32,000 bases of DNA. Source: Sinorhizobium meliloti. Its GTDB lineage: Bacteria > Pseudomonadota > Alphaproteobacteria > Rhizobiales > Rhizobiaceae. Both the position numbers and the translations under genes were made by a program. The stretch's first letter is position 1. Each line of letters begins with the position of its first letter. The notes beneath the pieces are model-generated. The model saw only the letters and a list, made by a program, of their open reading frames with translations, was not told the origin of the DNA and did not search any database. Positions 18,320 to 27,578 of this stretch are shown piece by piece. The stretch covers positions 1,020,001-1,052,000 of the forward strand of contig NZ_JAGIOS010000001.1 of the NCBI RefSeq assembly GCF_017876815.1. The letters run 5' to 3'.

Positions 18320-18985
18320 TCAGCCCTGTTTGATCGGCGCGATCGAGATTTCGACGCGGCGGTTCTGGGCACGGCCGACCTCGGTGGCGTTCGACGCAAT
18401 CGGCCGCTCCAGGCCGTAGCCTACTGCCGACATGCGCCGCTGGTCGACGCCGCGGCTGGCGAGATAGTTGGCGACCGAGGCCGCGCGCCGCTCCGAAAGT
18501 CCCTGGTTGTAGGAGGCGCTGCCGGTCGAGTCGGTGTGACCGTCGACGTCGATCAGCGTCTTGTTGAACTTGCGCAGCACGATCGCAACCGAGTCGAGCG
18601 TCGAGTAGAAGGCCGGAATCACCTGGTCGCGGTCGGTCGCGAAGGTGATGTTCGACGGCATGTTCAGGATGATGCGATCGCCGGCGCGGGTGACCGAAAC
18701 GCCGGTGCCCTGCAACTGCGCCCGCAGTTCGGATTCCTGCTGATCCATGTAGTTTCCGACCAGGCCGCCGCCGAGAGCGCCGATGCCTGCGCCGACAAGA
18801 GCGGCATCACGCCGGCCCGCCGCACTGCCGCCCACCAGAAGACCGGTCGCAGCGCCGAGACCCGCGCCGATCAAAGCGCCTCCGGCCGTGTTCGACATCT
18901 TCTGTTCTCCCGTATAGGGATCGGTGGTGGTGCATCCGGAAAGATAGACGGCCACGACAGCCAGGATGGCGCATTTCTTGATCAT
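18320..18985 (-). CDS. OmpA-family lipoprotein with glycine-zipper segment
   Basis: MIKKCAILAVVAVYLSGC (lipobox LSGC), Gly-zipper GGALIGAGLGAATGLLVGG, and a C-terminal OmpA_C domain (...NITFATDRDQV...VDGHTDSTGSASYNQGLSERRAASVANYL...NRRVEI). ATG at 18985 preferred over 19003 (GGGGA upstream). Confidence 0.9.
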   Translation of the reverse strand: MIKKCAILAVVAVYLSGCTTTDPYTGEQKMSNTAGGALIGAGLGAATGLLVGGSAAGRRDAALVGAGIGALGGGLVGNYMDQQESELRAQLQGTGVSVTRAGDRIILNMPSNITFATDRDQVIPAFYSTLDSVAIVLRKFNKTLIDVDGHTDSTGSASYNQGLSERRAASVANYLASRGVDQRRMSAVGYGLERPIASNATEVGRAQNRRVEISIAPIKQG

Positions 18986-19245
18986 CGAATCAATTGTCCC
19001 CATTGGTGCTCAGGATCGGTTCATACTATCGATTGCGGCAGGAAGATGAAGGGGCCTTCTACTTTCCTCTATCGGGAGTATTGCGGTGCACCATTTCTGC
19101 CGGACCTCGCCACATTGCTGACCAGAGGGCCCGCTAACCGGAGGTTCATGCGCCTGGCGCTATGGTCTGCCAGGCCCGGTTCGGCGTAAAGAATGCGAGC
19201 CGCGGGCACCGCATGGAGCGCCCGCAAACCGTGAAGGGAAAAATT

Positions 19246-19884
19246 ATGGCGGTCGAGTTCGGCGATTCGCAACGCAGCCTCAGCGACACGCTCACCGGCA
19301 TGATCGCGTCGATCAGAGGCAACACGATCACGCTGCGCGAGCTGATGATCGAGATCGGCGAGCAGGGCTTCCTCCTTCTCTGCGCGCTGCTGACCCTGCC
19401 GTTCCTGATCCCGGTTTCCATTCCGGGCGTCAGCACCGTCTTCGGGGCGGCCATCATTCTCATTTCGCTCGCGATCACCCTCAATCGCATGCCCTGGCTG
19501 CCGAAGCGCATCCTCGACCGGGAGATCGCCACGGAAAAGCTCGTGCCTACGCTCCGAAAAGGTGCGGCACTGGTCTCGAAGCTCGACCGCTATGTGCGCC
19601 CGCGGCTCAATTTCCTGACCGAAGGCGCCCTGATGAACCGTTTCAACGGCCTGATGATCATGGCCGGCGGCGTGCTTCTCATGTTTCCGCTCGGGCTGAT
19701 TCCGCTGTCGAACACGCTGCCCGGCATCGCCATCCTGCTCCTGTCGCTCGGCATCATCCAGCGCGACGGGCTGATGGTGGCCGGCGGCTATTTCTTCCTG
19801 GTCGCGACCACCGTCTATTTCGCAGTTCTCGGCTATGCCGCTTTCGCCGCCGGCCAGGGCCTCTCGCACTTCTTCGTTTCGTGA
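19246..19884 (+). CDS. exoD: Exopolysaccharide synthesis protein ExoD family (inner membrane)
   Basis: ...ITLRELMIEIGEQGFLLLCALLTLPFLIPVSIPGVSTVFGAAIILISLAITLNRMPWLPKRIL... is typical ExoD. ATG at 19246 has AAGGGA 8 nt upstream. Alternatives are 19213 and 19162. Confidence 0.85.
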   Translation: MAVEFGDSQRSLSDTLTGMIASIRGNTITLRELMIEIGEQGFLLLCALLTLPFLIPVSIPGVSTVFGAAIILISLAITLNRMPWLPKRILDREIATEKLVPTLRKGAALVSKLDRYVRPRLNFLTEGALMNRFNGLMIMAGGVLLMFPLGLIPLSNTLPGIAILLLSLGIIQRDGLMVAGGYFFLVATTVYFAVLGYAAFAAGQGLSHFFVS

Positions 19885-19919
19885 TCGCGGCGGCACCGGA
19901 TGAGGCCATCCGAGCCGCC

Positions 19920-20447
19920 CTATGTGGCAAGGTGCTTGTAGAAGAACGTCGTTGCGCAATAGCGGCCGTCCGGCATCAACGCATAGTCGGGAACGATACC
20001 GGCGCGCGTCCAGCCAAATCGCTCGTAGATCGCTTCCGCCGGCTCTCCGGTGGCCGTGTCGAGGACCAGCACTCTTCTGCCGCGCCTGACGGCTTCCGCC
20101 TCGGCTGCATCCATCAGGCGACGCGACAGGCCGAGACCGCGGGCGTCGCGGTGGACGAGCAGCTTCCTGACGTCGGCGCGATGCGGCTGGTTCGGCATGG
20201 TGCTGACGCCGAGCTGCACGGTGCCGACCATCCGGCCGTCGACTTCGGCCGCGAGGAGCACCGTTTCGCTGCGCCCGACGGCCGCGGCGACGCCCTCCCA
20301 GAAGTGAACGGCGTCATTCGGCGAAAACGGTTGCATGAAGCCGACCGAAGCGCCGCCTTCGACGCAATCGGAGAGAATTTCGGCCAGAGCCGGCAGGGCG
20401 GCCAGGGTGTCTCCTGCGGTGAGCACGCGGATATCGACGTCGGGCAT
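19920..20447 (-). CDS. GNAT family N-acetyltransferase
   Basis: MPDVDIRVLTAGD...VGTVQL...LLVHRDARGLGLSRRLMDAAEAEAVRRGRRVLVLDT... (acetyl-CoA motif R-x-x-G-x-G/A). ATG at 20447 is 1 nt after the upstream regulator's stop codon. Confidence 0.88.
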   Translation of the reverse strand: MPDVDIRVLTAGDTLAALPALAEILSDCVEGGASVGFMQPFSPNDAVHFWEGVAAAVGRSETVLLAAEVDGRMVGTVQLGVSTMPNQPHRADVRKLLVHRDARGLGLSRRLMDAAEAEAVRRGRRVLVLDTATGEPAEAIYERFGWTRAGIVPDYALMPDGRYCATTFFYKHLAT

Positions 20448-20448
20448 G

Positions 20449-21042
20449 TCAGACCTTGTTGCGGCAGAGGATGACGGCGTAATGCGCCGGCTCTTCGTGG
20501 GGATTGTGAAAGATGTGGGCCTCTTCAAGCCCCATGAACAGGCAGTCGCCCGGCTCCAGGAGCTGCCGTCCGCTTTCCATCGTCAATTCGAGGCGGCCGG
20601 AGAAAAGCCAGAGGTGCTGGGTGATGCCGCGGTCCATGGGCTGTCGCTCGAAGACGACACGAGCACCGGGCGGAAACTCGACCTCGACGATGTCGACCGG
20701 CGAACCGACGCCTTCGGGTGAAACCGAACGGCGCAGATAGCCGCTTTCGGGATCGCGCCACAGCCGCTGCTCCGCGTGCCGGGCCAAGGGCGAGGCCTCG
20801 CTCCTTTCGGAAGCAAAAAGCGCCGAAAGCGTCGTGCCCAACGCGCTGCAGAGCTTCGCCAGAAGCTGCGCCGTCGGGCTCGCCTCGCCGCGCTCGATGC
20901 GCGAAATCATGGCGCGGCTGACGCCGGAGCGGCCGGCCAGGTCGTCAAGCGTCAGGTCCCTCGCCATGCGCAGCTCGCGCAGGCGCATGGCCATGGTCTC
21001 TTCGAGAGGGGCAATCGCGTTTTCCATTATCAGAGATTGCAT
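20449..21042 (-). CDS. XRE-family HTH transcriptional regulator with C-terminal cupin domain
   Basis: HTH: LRELRMARDLTLDDLAGRSGVSRAMISRIERGEASPTAQLLAKLCSAL. Cupin: ...VEVEFPPGARVVF...HLWLFSGRLELT...GDCLFM... Alternative start ATG at 21027. Confidence 0.88.
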   Translation of the reverse strand: MQSLIMENAIAPLEETMAMRLRELRMARDLTLDDLAGRSGVSRAMISRIERGEASPTAQLLAKLCSALGTTLSALFASERSEASPLARHAEQRLWRDPESGYLRRSVSPEGVGSPVDIVEVEFPPGARVVFERQPMDRGITQHLWLFSGRLELTMESGRQLLEPGDCLFMGLEEAHIFHNPHEEPAHYAVILCRNKV

Positions 21043-21217
21043 TTCTCGTATAGTGGAGTCAAGACGATCGGAGCGAGAAATAAGTTTTGCGCATGCCGCT
21101 TTGACGACAGCCCCGGGCCGCGTCCTGCTTTATCGTCCGGATTCTGCGCCGGTTCTGAAAAACATTCAACTTCAATAATTTAGATCAGCTTCATACGATC
21201 GGCAGGAGGACAGGCAG

Positions 21218-22483
21218 ATGCATCGATCTCCTTCGTCGCTGCTGTCGATCGCGAGCATAGTCGCCTCGATGACATCTGTCGCGGTCGGCAACGGCATGAT
21301 GCTCGCCTATGTGCCCTTCGTGCTGACGCGCTCGGCGGCGCCGGATTGGGTCCCGGGAGCCGCCGTGACGGCGATTGCCTTCGGCGGGCTGATCGGCTGC
21401 CTCATGGGCGGCTCGCTCATTCGCCGCGTAGGCCACGCCCGCGCCTTTTCCTGCTCGATGGCGCTGGTCATTCTCGCGGCGCTGATGATCAGCCTCGGCG
21501 TCCACCCGCTGCTTTGGGTCGTCGCACGCGGCCTCTACGGCATTGCGGCCAACATGAATTTCATCATCACGCAGAGCTGGCTCAATCATGCCAGCGAGAA
21601 CCACTGGCGCGGCCGGGCGATGGCGCTCTTCTACATGGCCTATGTCATCGGGCTTGGCGCCGGCGCCTGGCTCTTCGGGCAAATCCCGGTCGAGGGCAAT
21701 CTCGCCCCGATCGTCACGATCTTCTTCACCGCGGTCGCCATCCTGCCGATCGGCCTCACGCGGCTGCCGACGCCGCCCGCCCCTGCCAGGGTCAGCATCG
21801 ACATTCCCATGGTCTGGCGGATTTCTCCGGTCGCCTTCATCGGCGTGCTTGCCTCCGGCGGCCTTTCCATGCTGGTGCAAGGCTTTACGCCGATCTATGC
21901 CGCCGCCAATTCCGTCAGTCAGAAGGAAGTAGCGGCATTGATGTTCGTCATGCAGTTCGGCCTGCTCTTCATCCAATATCCGATGGGCGCCCTTTCAGAC
22001 CGCACCGACCGCCGGATCGTCCTCATCGCCACCTGTACGCTCGTCATCGCGGCGGGCATCGCTGCGCTCGCCGTCTCCTTCGACAACCTTCTCCTGCTCA
22101 TGCTGGTTTTCGCGATGTTCGCGGGGGCGGTCGAGACGGTCTATTCGATCGCCAATGCGCATGCCAACGATCGCACCGATCCGGCAGATTTCGTGCCGCT
22201 CGCCAGCACCATGCTGGTCGCCTGGTCGGCGTCGGCGACCCTCGTGCCGATGCTCGTGACCTTGCTGACGCCGGCCTTCGGCCAACGGACCTTCATCTAT
22301 GCGACGATGACGGTGGCGCTCCTCTACGCCCTTTTCGTGCTCGTTCGCCTCCGCTCGCGCGAACGCGTCCCGCCCGAGCTCTGCGACAGCTTCGAATTCA
22401 AAAGCGCCCAGGTGCCGAATGCCGTGGCACTCGCCGAGACGGAAGCGCGAGCGGAACGGCCGGTCAGGCGCCCGGATTTATAG
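21218..22483 (+). CDS. MFS transporter
   Basis: 421 aa and ~12 predicted hydrophobic helices. AGGAGGA lies upstream of the ATG. Divergent from the XRE-cupin/GNAT operon. Confidence 0.88.
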   Translation: MHRSPSSLLSIASIVASMTSVAVGNGMMLAYVPFVLTRSAAPDWVPGAAVTAIAFGGLIGCLMGGSLIRRVGHARAFSCSMALVILAALMISLGVHPLLWVVARGLYGIAANMNFIITQSWLNHASENHWRGRAMALFYMAYVIGLGAGAWLFGQIPVEGNLAPIVTIFFTAVAILPIGLTRLPTPPAPARVSIDIPMVWRISPVAFIGVLASGGLSMLVQGFTPIYAAANSVSQKEVAALMFVMQFGLLFIQYPMGALSDRTDRRIVLIATCTLVIAAGIAALAVSFDNLLLLMLVFAMFAGAVETVYSIANAHANDRTDPADFVPLASTMLVAWSASATLVPMLVTLLTPAFGQRTFIYATMTVALLYALFVLVRLRSRERVPPELCDSFEFKSAQVPNAVALAETEARAERPVRRPDL

Positions 22484-22541
22484 TGCACGAAGCCTTCATT
22501 TCCCGCTTTGCGCCGCCTGATCGCGCTGCTATATGCGGCCC

Positions 22542-24368
22542 ATGAACACACCATCTTCCAAGACGCCCCTGTCGCATATCCGCAACTTCTCGATCGTGGC
22601 GCATATCGATCACGGCAAATCGACGCTCGCCGACCGGCTGATCCAGTCGACCGGCGGCCTTGCCGAGCGCGAAATGTCCGAGCAGGTCCTGGACAGCATG
22701 GATATCGAGCGCGAGCGCGGCATCACCATCAAGGCCCAGACCGTTCGCCTGCACTACAAGGCGAACGACGGCGAAACCTATGTGCTGAACCTCATCGACA
22801 CGCCCGGCCACGTCGACTTCGCCTACGAGGTCTCGCGCTCGCTTTCGGCCTGCGAAGGCTCGCTGCTCGTCGTCGACGCCAGCCAGGGCGTCGAAGCCCA
22901 GACGCTCGCCAATGTCTACCAGGCGATCGACAACAATCACGAGCTCGTCACCGTTCTGAACAAGATCGACCTGCCTGCGGCCGAGCCGGAGCGGATCAAG
23001 GAGCAGATCGAGGAAGTGATCGGCATCGACGCCTCCGACGCCGTGCTGATCTCTGCCAAGACCGGTCTCGGCATTCCGGACGTGCTGGAGGCGATCGTCC
23101 ATAAGCTGCCCGCCCCGAAGAGCGAGGGCGGCGACACCGCGCCCCTGAAGGCGCTGCTCGTCGACAGCTGGTACGACGCTTATCTCGGCGTCATGGTTCT
23201 GGTGCGCGTCATCGACGGAACGCTGAAGAAGGGCATGACCATCCGCATGATGGGGACGGATGCGAAGTACCAGGTGGAGCGCGTCGGCGTGCTGACGCCG
23301 AAGATGGTTGCCATGGAGGCGCTCGGCCCCGGCGAGATCGGTTTCATCACAGCTTCCATCAAGGAAGTGGCCGACACCCGCGTCGGCGATACGATCACCG
23401 AGGACAAGCGGCCGACGGCCAAGGCGCTGCCCGGCTTCAAGCCCGCCCAGCCGGTCGTGTTCTGCGGCCTCTTCCCGGTCGACGCCGCCGACTTCGAGGA
23501 CTTGCGCTCGGCCATGGGCAAGCTGCGCCTCAACGACGCCTCCTTCTCCTTTGAAATGGAGTCCTCCGCCGCACTCGGCTTCGGCTTCCGCTGCGGCTTC
23601 CTCGGCCTTCTGCATCTCGAAATCATCCAGGAACGTCTGGAGCGCGAATTCGATCTCGATCTGATCGCGACGGCACCCTCGGTCGTCTACAAGCTGTTCA
23701 TGACCGATGGCTCGGAGCGCGAGCTTCACAACCCCGCCGACATGCCGGACGTGGTCAAGATCGCCGAAATCCACGAACCGTGGATCCGCGCGACGATCCT
23801 TACGCCCGACGAATATCTCGGCGGCATCCTGAAGCTCTGTCAGGATCGTCGCGGCATCCAGATCGAGCTGACCTATGTCGGCACCCGCGCGATGCTCACC
23901 TATGACCTGCCGCTCAACGAAGTCGTGTTCGATTTCTACGACCGGCTGAAGTCGATCTCCAAGGGATACGCCTCCTTCGACTACCAGATCACCGAGCACA
24001 AGGAAGGCAACCTCGTGAAGATGTCGATCCTCGTCAACGGCGAGCCGGTGGACGCGCTGTCGATGATGGTGCACCGGATGGCGGCGGAAAAGCGCGGCCG
24101 TGAAATGTGCGAGAAGCTGAAGGAACTGATCCCGAAGCACATGTTCAAGATCCCGATCCAGGCCGCCATCGGCGGCAACGTGATCGCCCGCGAAACCATC
24201 TCGGCGCTGCGCAAGGACGTGACCGCCAAGTGCTACGGCGGCGACGCCACCCGAAAGCGCAAGCTTCTGGAGAAGCAGAAGGCCGGCAAGAAGCGGATGC
24301 GCCAGTTCGGCAAGGTGGAAATCCCGCAGGAAGCCTTCATCGCCGCGCTGAAGATGAGCGACGAGTGA
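22542..24368 (+). CDS. lepA: Translation elongation factor 4
   Basis: ...[23 protein letters not shown]...[10 protein letters not shown]...NKIDLP... with the LepA-specific C-terminus. ATG at 22542 gives 608 aa; the track start at 22533 is 3 codons longer. Confidence 0.96.
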   Translation: MNTPSSKTPLSHIRNFSIVAHIDHGKSTLADRLIQSTGGLAEREMSEQVLDSMDIERERGITIKAQTVRLHYKANDGETYVLNLIDTPGHVDFAYEVSRSLSACEGSLLVVDASQGVEAQTLANVYQAIDNNHELVTVLNKIDLPAAEPERIKEQIEEVIGIDASDAVLISAKTGLGIPDVLEAIVHKLPAPKSEGGDTAPLKALLVDSWYDAYLGVMVLVRVIDGTLKKGMTIRMMGTDAKYQVERVGVLTPKMVAMEALGPGEIGFITASIKEVADTRVGDTITEDKRPTAKALPGFKPAQPVVFCGLFPVDAADFEDLRSAMGKLRLNDASFSFEMESSAALGFGFRCGFLGLLHLEIIQERLEREFDLDLIATAPSVVYKLFMTDGSERELHNPADMPDVVKIAEIHEPWIRATILTPDEYLGGILKLCQDRRGIQIELTYVGTRAMLTYDLPLNEVVFDFYDRLKSISKGYASFDYQITEHKEGNLVKMSILVNGEPVDALSMMVHRMAAEKRGREMCEKLKELIPKHMFKIPIQAAIGGNVIARETISALRKDVTAKCYGGDATRKRKLLEKQKAGKKRMRQFGKVEIPQEAFIAALKMSDE

Positions 24369-24421
24369 TTGCTGGTCCGGTGTCGATGCGCGTACAATAT
24401 GCGCATCGACCTGGAGCAAAC

Positions 24422-24655
24422 ATGTCGCGATCGACTGCAAGACGCCCGGCAAATCTCACCCTCGATGGCGATCTGCTTGCGCAGGCGCGCGATCTCAAGA
24501 TCAATGTTTCACGCGCCGCCGAAGAGGGAATCGCCCGGGCCAACAGAGCTGAACAGGAAAGACTCTGGCAGATCGAGAACGCCGAGGCGATCGCCGATGC
24601 AAATGCCTTTGTCGATAAACGCGGACTGACGCTGGCGAAACGCCGGCAGTTCTAA
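24422..24655 (+). CDS. ccdA: CcdA-family type II antitoxin
   Basis: 77 aa, MSRSTARRPANLTLDGDLLAQARDLKINVSRAAEEGIARANRAEQERLWQIENAEAIADANAFVDKRGLTLAKRRQF. It aligns end to end with F-plasmid CcdA as I recall it (...VNISGLV...RAERWQAENQEGMAEVARFIEMNGSFADENRDW). GGAG lies 7 nt upstream. It is hidden inside track ORF 24107..24655. Confidence 0.85.
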   Translation: MSRSTARRPANLTLDGDLLAQARDLKINVSRAAEEGIARANRAEQERLWQIENAEAIADANAFVDKRGLTLAKRRQF

Positions 24656-24656
24656 A

Positions 24657-24740
24657 GAGCTCGGCACCTTGGTCACCGACTTGTCAGATCAGCGTGACGA
24701 AATCGTCGCCGCCACGGACTTTGCGTTTCAAGGCTTCTGA
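24657..24740 (+). pseudogene. ccdB: ccdB toxin remnant (C-terminal ~27 codons only)
   Basis: Frame +3 reads ELGTLVTDLSDQRDEIVAATDFAFQGF*, which aligns with the F CcdB C-terminus [27 protein letters not shown]. An in-frame TGA at 24627-24629 and the absence of a usable start mean about 70 N-terminal codons are missing. Confidence 0.7.
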
Positions 24741-25053
24741 TCTTCTTGAGCGATCCGCAATGAATGACCACGGGCGACACGGCGTTTCAAGTGGCGGCGG
24801 GCTTGACTTCGCGGGTGAAGTTTCCGACCTTCAGCTCATGCCTGTGCTCGCTATCCATTTCCGCTGTTCTTTCCGGGTCTGCCCCATCGCAGGAACCTGA
24901 CCCCGGCCCGGATGCGTGCGCTCTCCGGGTAAGGGGGCCTACGTATCGGCGAGCGGATGGCCAAGCCTCCACCCCCGAGCGGCGAGCGTAAATCATCCTC
25001 GACATTTCACTTTCGGCGCAAGCACAGCGGTGCGCCCAAGCACAGGTATCATC

Positions 25054-25461
25054 ATGGCGGACAAGACAACCCGCAAGAAGCTTCCCTCGATCGTCATCAA
25101 TGCCGAAGACCATGCACGTCTGACGGCGATCGCCTCCTCGGCGCTCGACCGTGTCCCGGACGTCGCGGAGGCGCTGCTTTCCGAACTCGACCGCGCGCGA
25201 ATCGCCGCTCCCGGCAAGCTGCCCAAGGACAGCGTACAGATGGGCTCGACCGTCGCCTTCGACGCCGACAACGGTTTTGCTAAGGAAGTGAGGCTCGTCT
25301 ATCCGGGGGAGGCTGACATCGAAGCCGGCAAGATTTCCGTGCTGACGCCGATCGGAGCGGCGCTGATCGGCCTTTCCGTCGGACAGTCGATCGACTGGGT
25401 CGACAGGGCCGGCAAGGTACACCGTATGACGATCCGCAGCGTGATGCCGCAGGCGGACTGA
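25054..25461 (+). CDS. rnk: Nucleoside diphosphate kinase regulator (GreA/GreB C-terminal-domain family)
   Basis: 135 aa, MADKTTRKKLPSIVINAEDHARLTAIA...VRLVYPGEADIEAGKISVLTPIGAALIGLSVGQSIDW... Trimmed from track ORF 24916. Confidence 0.85.
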   Translation: MADKTTRKKLPSIVINAEDHARLTAIASSALDRVPDVAEALLSELDRARIAAPGKLPKDSVQMGSTVAFDADNGFAKEVRLVYPGEADIEAGKISVLTPIGAALIGLSVGQSIDWVDRAGKVHRMTIRSVMPQAD

Positions 25462-25467
25462 GCATCG

Positions 25468-25494
25468 AAGCGGCCGGATCGAACCGGCCGCTTT
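25468..25494 (+). terminator. Hairpin terminator after rnk
   Basis: AAGCGGCCGG-ATCGAA-CCGGCCGCTT followed by T, 10-bp stem, 7 nt after the stop. The T-run is short. Confidence 0.5.
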
Positions 25495-25554
25495 CAGAGC
25501 GCTTTCGGGAAAAGTGTGTCGCCGCCCGGAAGAGCTTTAATTCAAAGCGTGAGA

Positions 25555-26007
25555 TCAGAATTGACGGCCGAGCTTGGCGTCGACGGACTGGCTGTTGGCG
25601 CCGCGAATGGCAAAGAAGAGCGTGATCGCCGCCCAGAGGATGGATTTCTCCGCCCCGCCAAGACCCTGCCCCTGGACGATGCCGTGGAAATAGACGGTGA
25701 CGAGCAGCACGATCGTCGCCGCGAAGGCAGCAGGCCGCGTCAGGAAGCCGATGGCAATGAATATGCCGCCGAAGAACTCGGTCGCCGAAAGCAGGGGCGA
25801 CCAGAAAACGCCCGGATAGAACCCAAGCCCCTCCACCATGCCGGCCGCGCCGAAGGGGTTGAGAATCTTGCCGTAGCCGTGAGTGACCAGCAGCAGGCCT
25901 GCGACGACGCGCAGCAACGTCTCGGCGAAAGTATCGAGCGGCAGATAAATCTTTTCGAGCGCCGGCAGGATCGCGCGCGGTCGATTGTTGGCAGCGGTAT
26001 CGGTCAT
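25555..26007 (-). CDS. DoxX family membrane protein
   Basis: 150 aa, MTDTAANNRPRAILPALEKIYLPLDTFAETLLRVVAGLLLVTHGYGKI..., four hydrophobic helices. AAAGGGA lies upstream of the ATG at 26007. Confidence 0.85.
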   Translation of the reverse strand: MTDTAANNRPRAILPALEKIYLPLDTFAETLLRVVAGLLLVTHGYGKILNPFGAAGMVEGLGFYPGVFWSPLLSATEFFGGIFIAIGFLTRPAAFAATIVLLVTVYFHGIVQGQGLGGAEKSILWAAITLFFAIRGANSQSVDAKLGRQF

Positions 26008-26209
26008 GAAATCCCTTTCGCATCCATTGCAAATCAGGGGTTTCTCTTGCCTCTGGCCCTTTGGAAAACAAGGGCCCGGCGTCAAAAACTTGACGGCTGA
26101 AGCTGACATTTATGTGAGACACCCGTGAAGGCATCGATCGCGGCGCTTGCGCGACGACGCAGCTCGATGTTTCCTGTGGCGCGAAAGCCAAGTGAACAGG
26201 ACATGCGAG

Positions 26210-26491
26210 ATGAGCGAAAAGCCACGCGTCACCATCCTCTACTGCACCCAGTGCAACTGGCTGCTGCGCGCCGGATGGATGGCGCAGGAATTGCTGTCGA
26301 CCTTCGCCGATACGCTCGGGGAAGTGGCGCTCATCCCCGGGACCGGCGGCAATTTCGAGATTCGCGTCGATGGCGCGTTGATCTGGGAACGCAAGCGCGA
26401 CGGCGGCTTTCCCGGACCTAAGGAGCTGAAACAACGCATTCGCGACGTGATCGAGCCCGAGCGCGATCTCGGCCACACGGACAGGAGCTAG
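26210..26491 (+). CDS. SelT/SelW/SelH (Rdx) family thioredoxin-fold protein, Cys form
   Basis: MSEKPRVTILYCTQCNWLLRAGWMAQELLSTF...FEIRVDGALIWERKRDGGFPGPKELKQRIRD. CxxC (CTQC) sits where selenoprotein members have CxxU. Confidence 0.85.
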   Translation: MSEKPRVTILYCTQCNWLLRAGWMAQELLSTFADTLGEVALIPGTGGNFEIRVDGALIWERKRDGGFPGPKELKQRIRDVIEPERDLGHTDRS

Positions 26492-26544
26492 AGTCCCGCC
26501 CAAGGCGCAGCTGACGCGCAGCGCGCAAGACTCACCTTCGATCC

Positions 26545-26670
26545 TCAGGAATCCAGCCAGACCAAGTCCTTGGGCTGGAAAGACTCTTCCGCGCCGCAGA
26601 CGCGGCGCTGCTGGATCCCTGTGACGAGCACAGGGATGAGGGTAGAGAGGGTGCGGTCCCTCGGCGCGTT
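26545..26670. repeat. A/B hairpin repeat, 5'-truncated unit abutting the 3' end of the GIY-YIG gene
   Basis: Distal half of hairpin A (TCAGGAATCCAGCC), hairpin C GCGCCGC-AGAC-GCGGCGC (26591-26608), hairpin B ATCCCTGTG-ACGAG-CACAGGGAT (26615-26637), then the linker start GAGGGTAGAGAGGGTGCGGTCCCTCGG. Confidence 0.9.
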
Positions 26671-26961
26671 TCATAAGCCGTGAAGATGGTGAGAGATGTC
26701 TTCCCATTCGGGGTTCAATTCCTCTATCAAATTAAGTTTCCACTTCCTCGGCCATTTCTTCATCGTCTTCTCCCGCGTGATGGCGGAAGTCAGTAGGTCG
26801 AACTCCTCGAACCACACCAAGGTCTTCACGCCGTATCTTGACGTGAATCCAGGCGTCAGATCGTTCTGATGCTCGAGGAGGCGGCGAGGCAGGTCACGGG
26901 TCACGCCCGTATACAGTGTTCCGTTTCGCTTCGATGCGAGAATGTAGACGTAACCTTTCAT
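26671..26961 (-). CDS. Small stand-alone GIY-YIG nuclease family protein (UPF0213/COG2827-like)
   Basis: 96 aa, MKGYVYILASKRNGTLYTGVTRDLPRRLLEHQNDLTPGFTSRYGVKTLVWFEEFDLLTSAITREKTMKKWPRKWKLNLIEELNPEWEDISHHLHGL. The GIY...YxG motifs, conserved Arg and Glu (REK) are all intact. G+C is about 51% by my hand count of 180 nt, clearly below its neighbours. No obvious SD. Confidence 0.85.
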   Translation of the reverse strand: MKGYVYILASKRNGTLYTGVTRDLPRRLLEHQNDLTPGFTSRYGVKTLVWFEEFDLLTSAITREKTMKKWPRKWKLNLIEELNPEWEDISHHLHGL

Positions 26962-27002
26962 TGCGTAACAGGTTGAACATTCCCTCGCGTATTCGCAAGC
27001 GA

Positions 27003-27578
27003 AAGTTGCAGAGGCCGTGCATCCCCGCCTCCCTCATTCCTGTGCCTGTCACAGGAATCCAGCCAGACCAAGTCATTGGGCTGGAAGAACTCTTTCCCGC
27101 GCCGCAGACGCGGCGCTGCTGGATCCCTGTGACGAGCACAGGGATGAGGGTGGAGCGGGTGCGGTCCCTCGGAATACTTCTCGTAGGCCGTGCGGAAGGA
27201 GATGGCGCGCAGTCCCCAAACGAGGTTGCGGCAGCGCCCGTGCATCCCCGCCTCCCTCATTCCTGTGCTCGTCACAGGAATCCAGCCAGGCCAAGTCATT
27301 GGGCTGAAAAGACTCTCCCGCGCCGCAGACGCAGCGCTGCTGGATCCCTGTGACGAGCACAGGGATGAGGGTGGAGAGGGTGCGGTCCCTCGGAATACTT
27401 CTCGTAGGCCGTGCGGAAGGAGATGGCGCGCAGTCCCCAAACGAGGTTGCGGCAGCGCCCGTGCATCCCCGCCTCCCTCATTCCTGTGCTCGTCACAGGA
27501 ATCCAGCCAGGCCAAGTCATTGGGCTGAAAAGACTCTCCCGCGCCGCAGACGCAGCGCTGCTGGATCCCTGTGACGAG
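27003..27578. repeat. Tandem array (~2.6 units, period 221-223 bp) of the A/B/C three-hairpin repeat
   Basis: Hairpin A ATTCCTGTG-CTCGT-CACAGGAAT at 27036, 27259, 27480. Hairpin B ATCCCTGTG-ACGAG-CACAGGGAT at 27123, 27344, 27565 (the last split by the IS). Units 2 and 3 look identical over their shared length. Confidence 0.95.

Noticed and set aside
19920-21042. XRE regulator + GNAT as a GNAT-type toxin-antitoxin pair
   Set aside because: Known GNAT toxins pair with short RHH/DUF1778 antitoxins. Here the partner is a 197-aa HTH-cupin ligand-sensing regulator, and the locus pairs with an MFS transporter. That fits a metabolic/detoxification operon better.
22464-24452. 662-aa minus-strand ORF
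   Set aside because: Antisense to lepA. Same high-GC artefact composition.
24741-25053. Small ORFs (46 aa on plus, 23 aa on minus) in the 313-bp gap between the ccdB stub and rnk
   Set aside because: No SD, no recognisable motif, and their composition is not distinguishable from non-coding sequence. The gap could instead contain further decayed TA-locus sequence.
25280-26707. 475-aa minus-strand ORF spanning several loci
   Set aside because: It overlaps rnk, the DoxX gene, the Rdx gene and the repeat. It has biased Arg/Ala/Pro composition and no recognisable domain.
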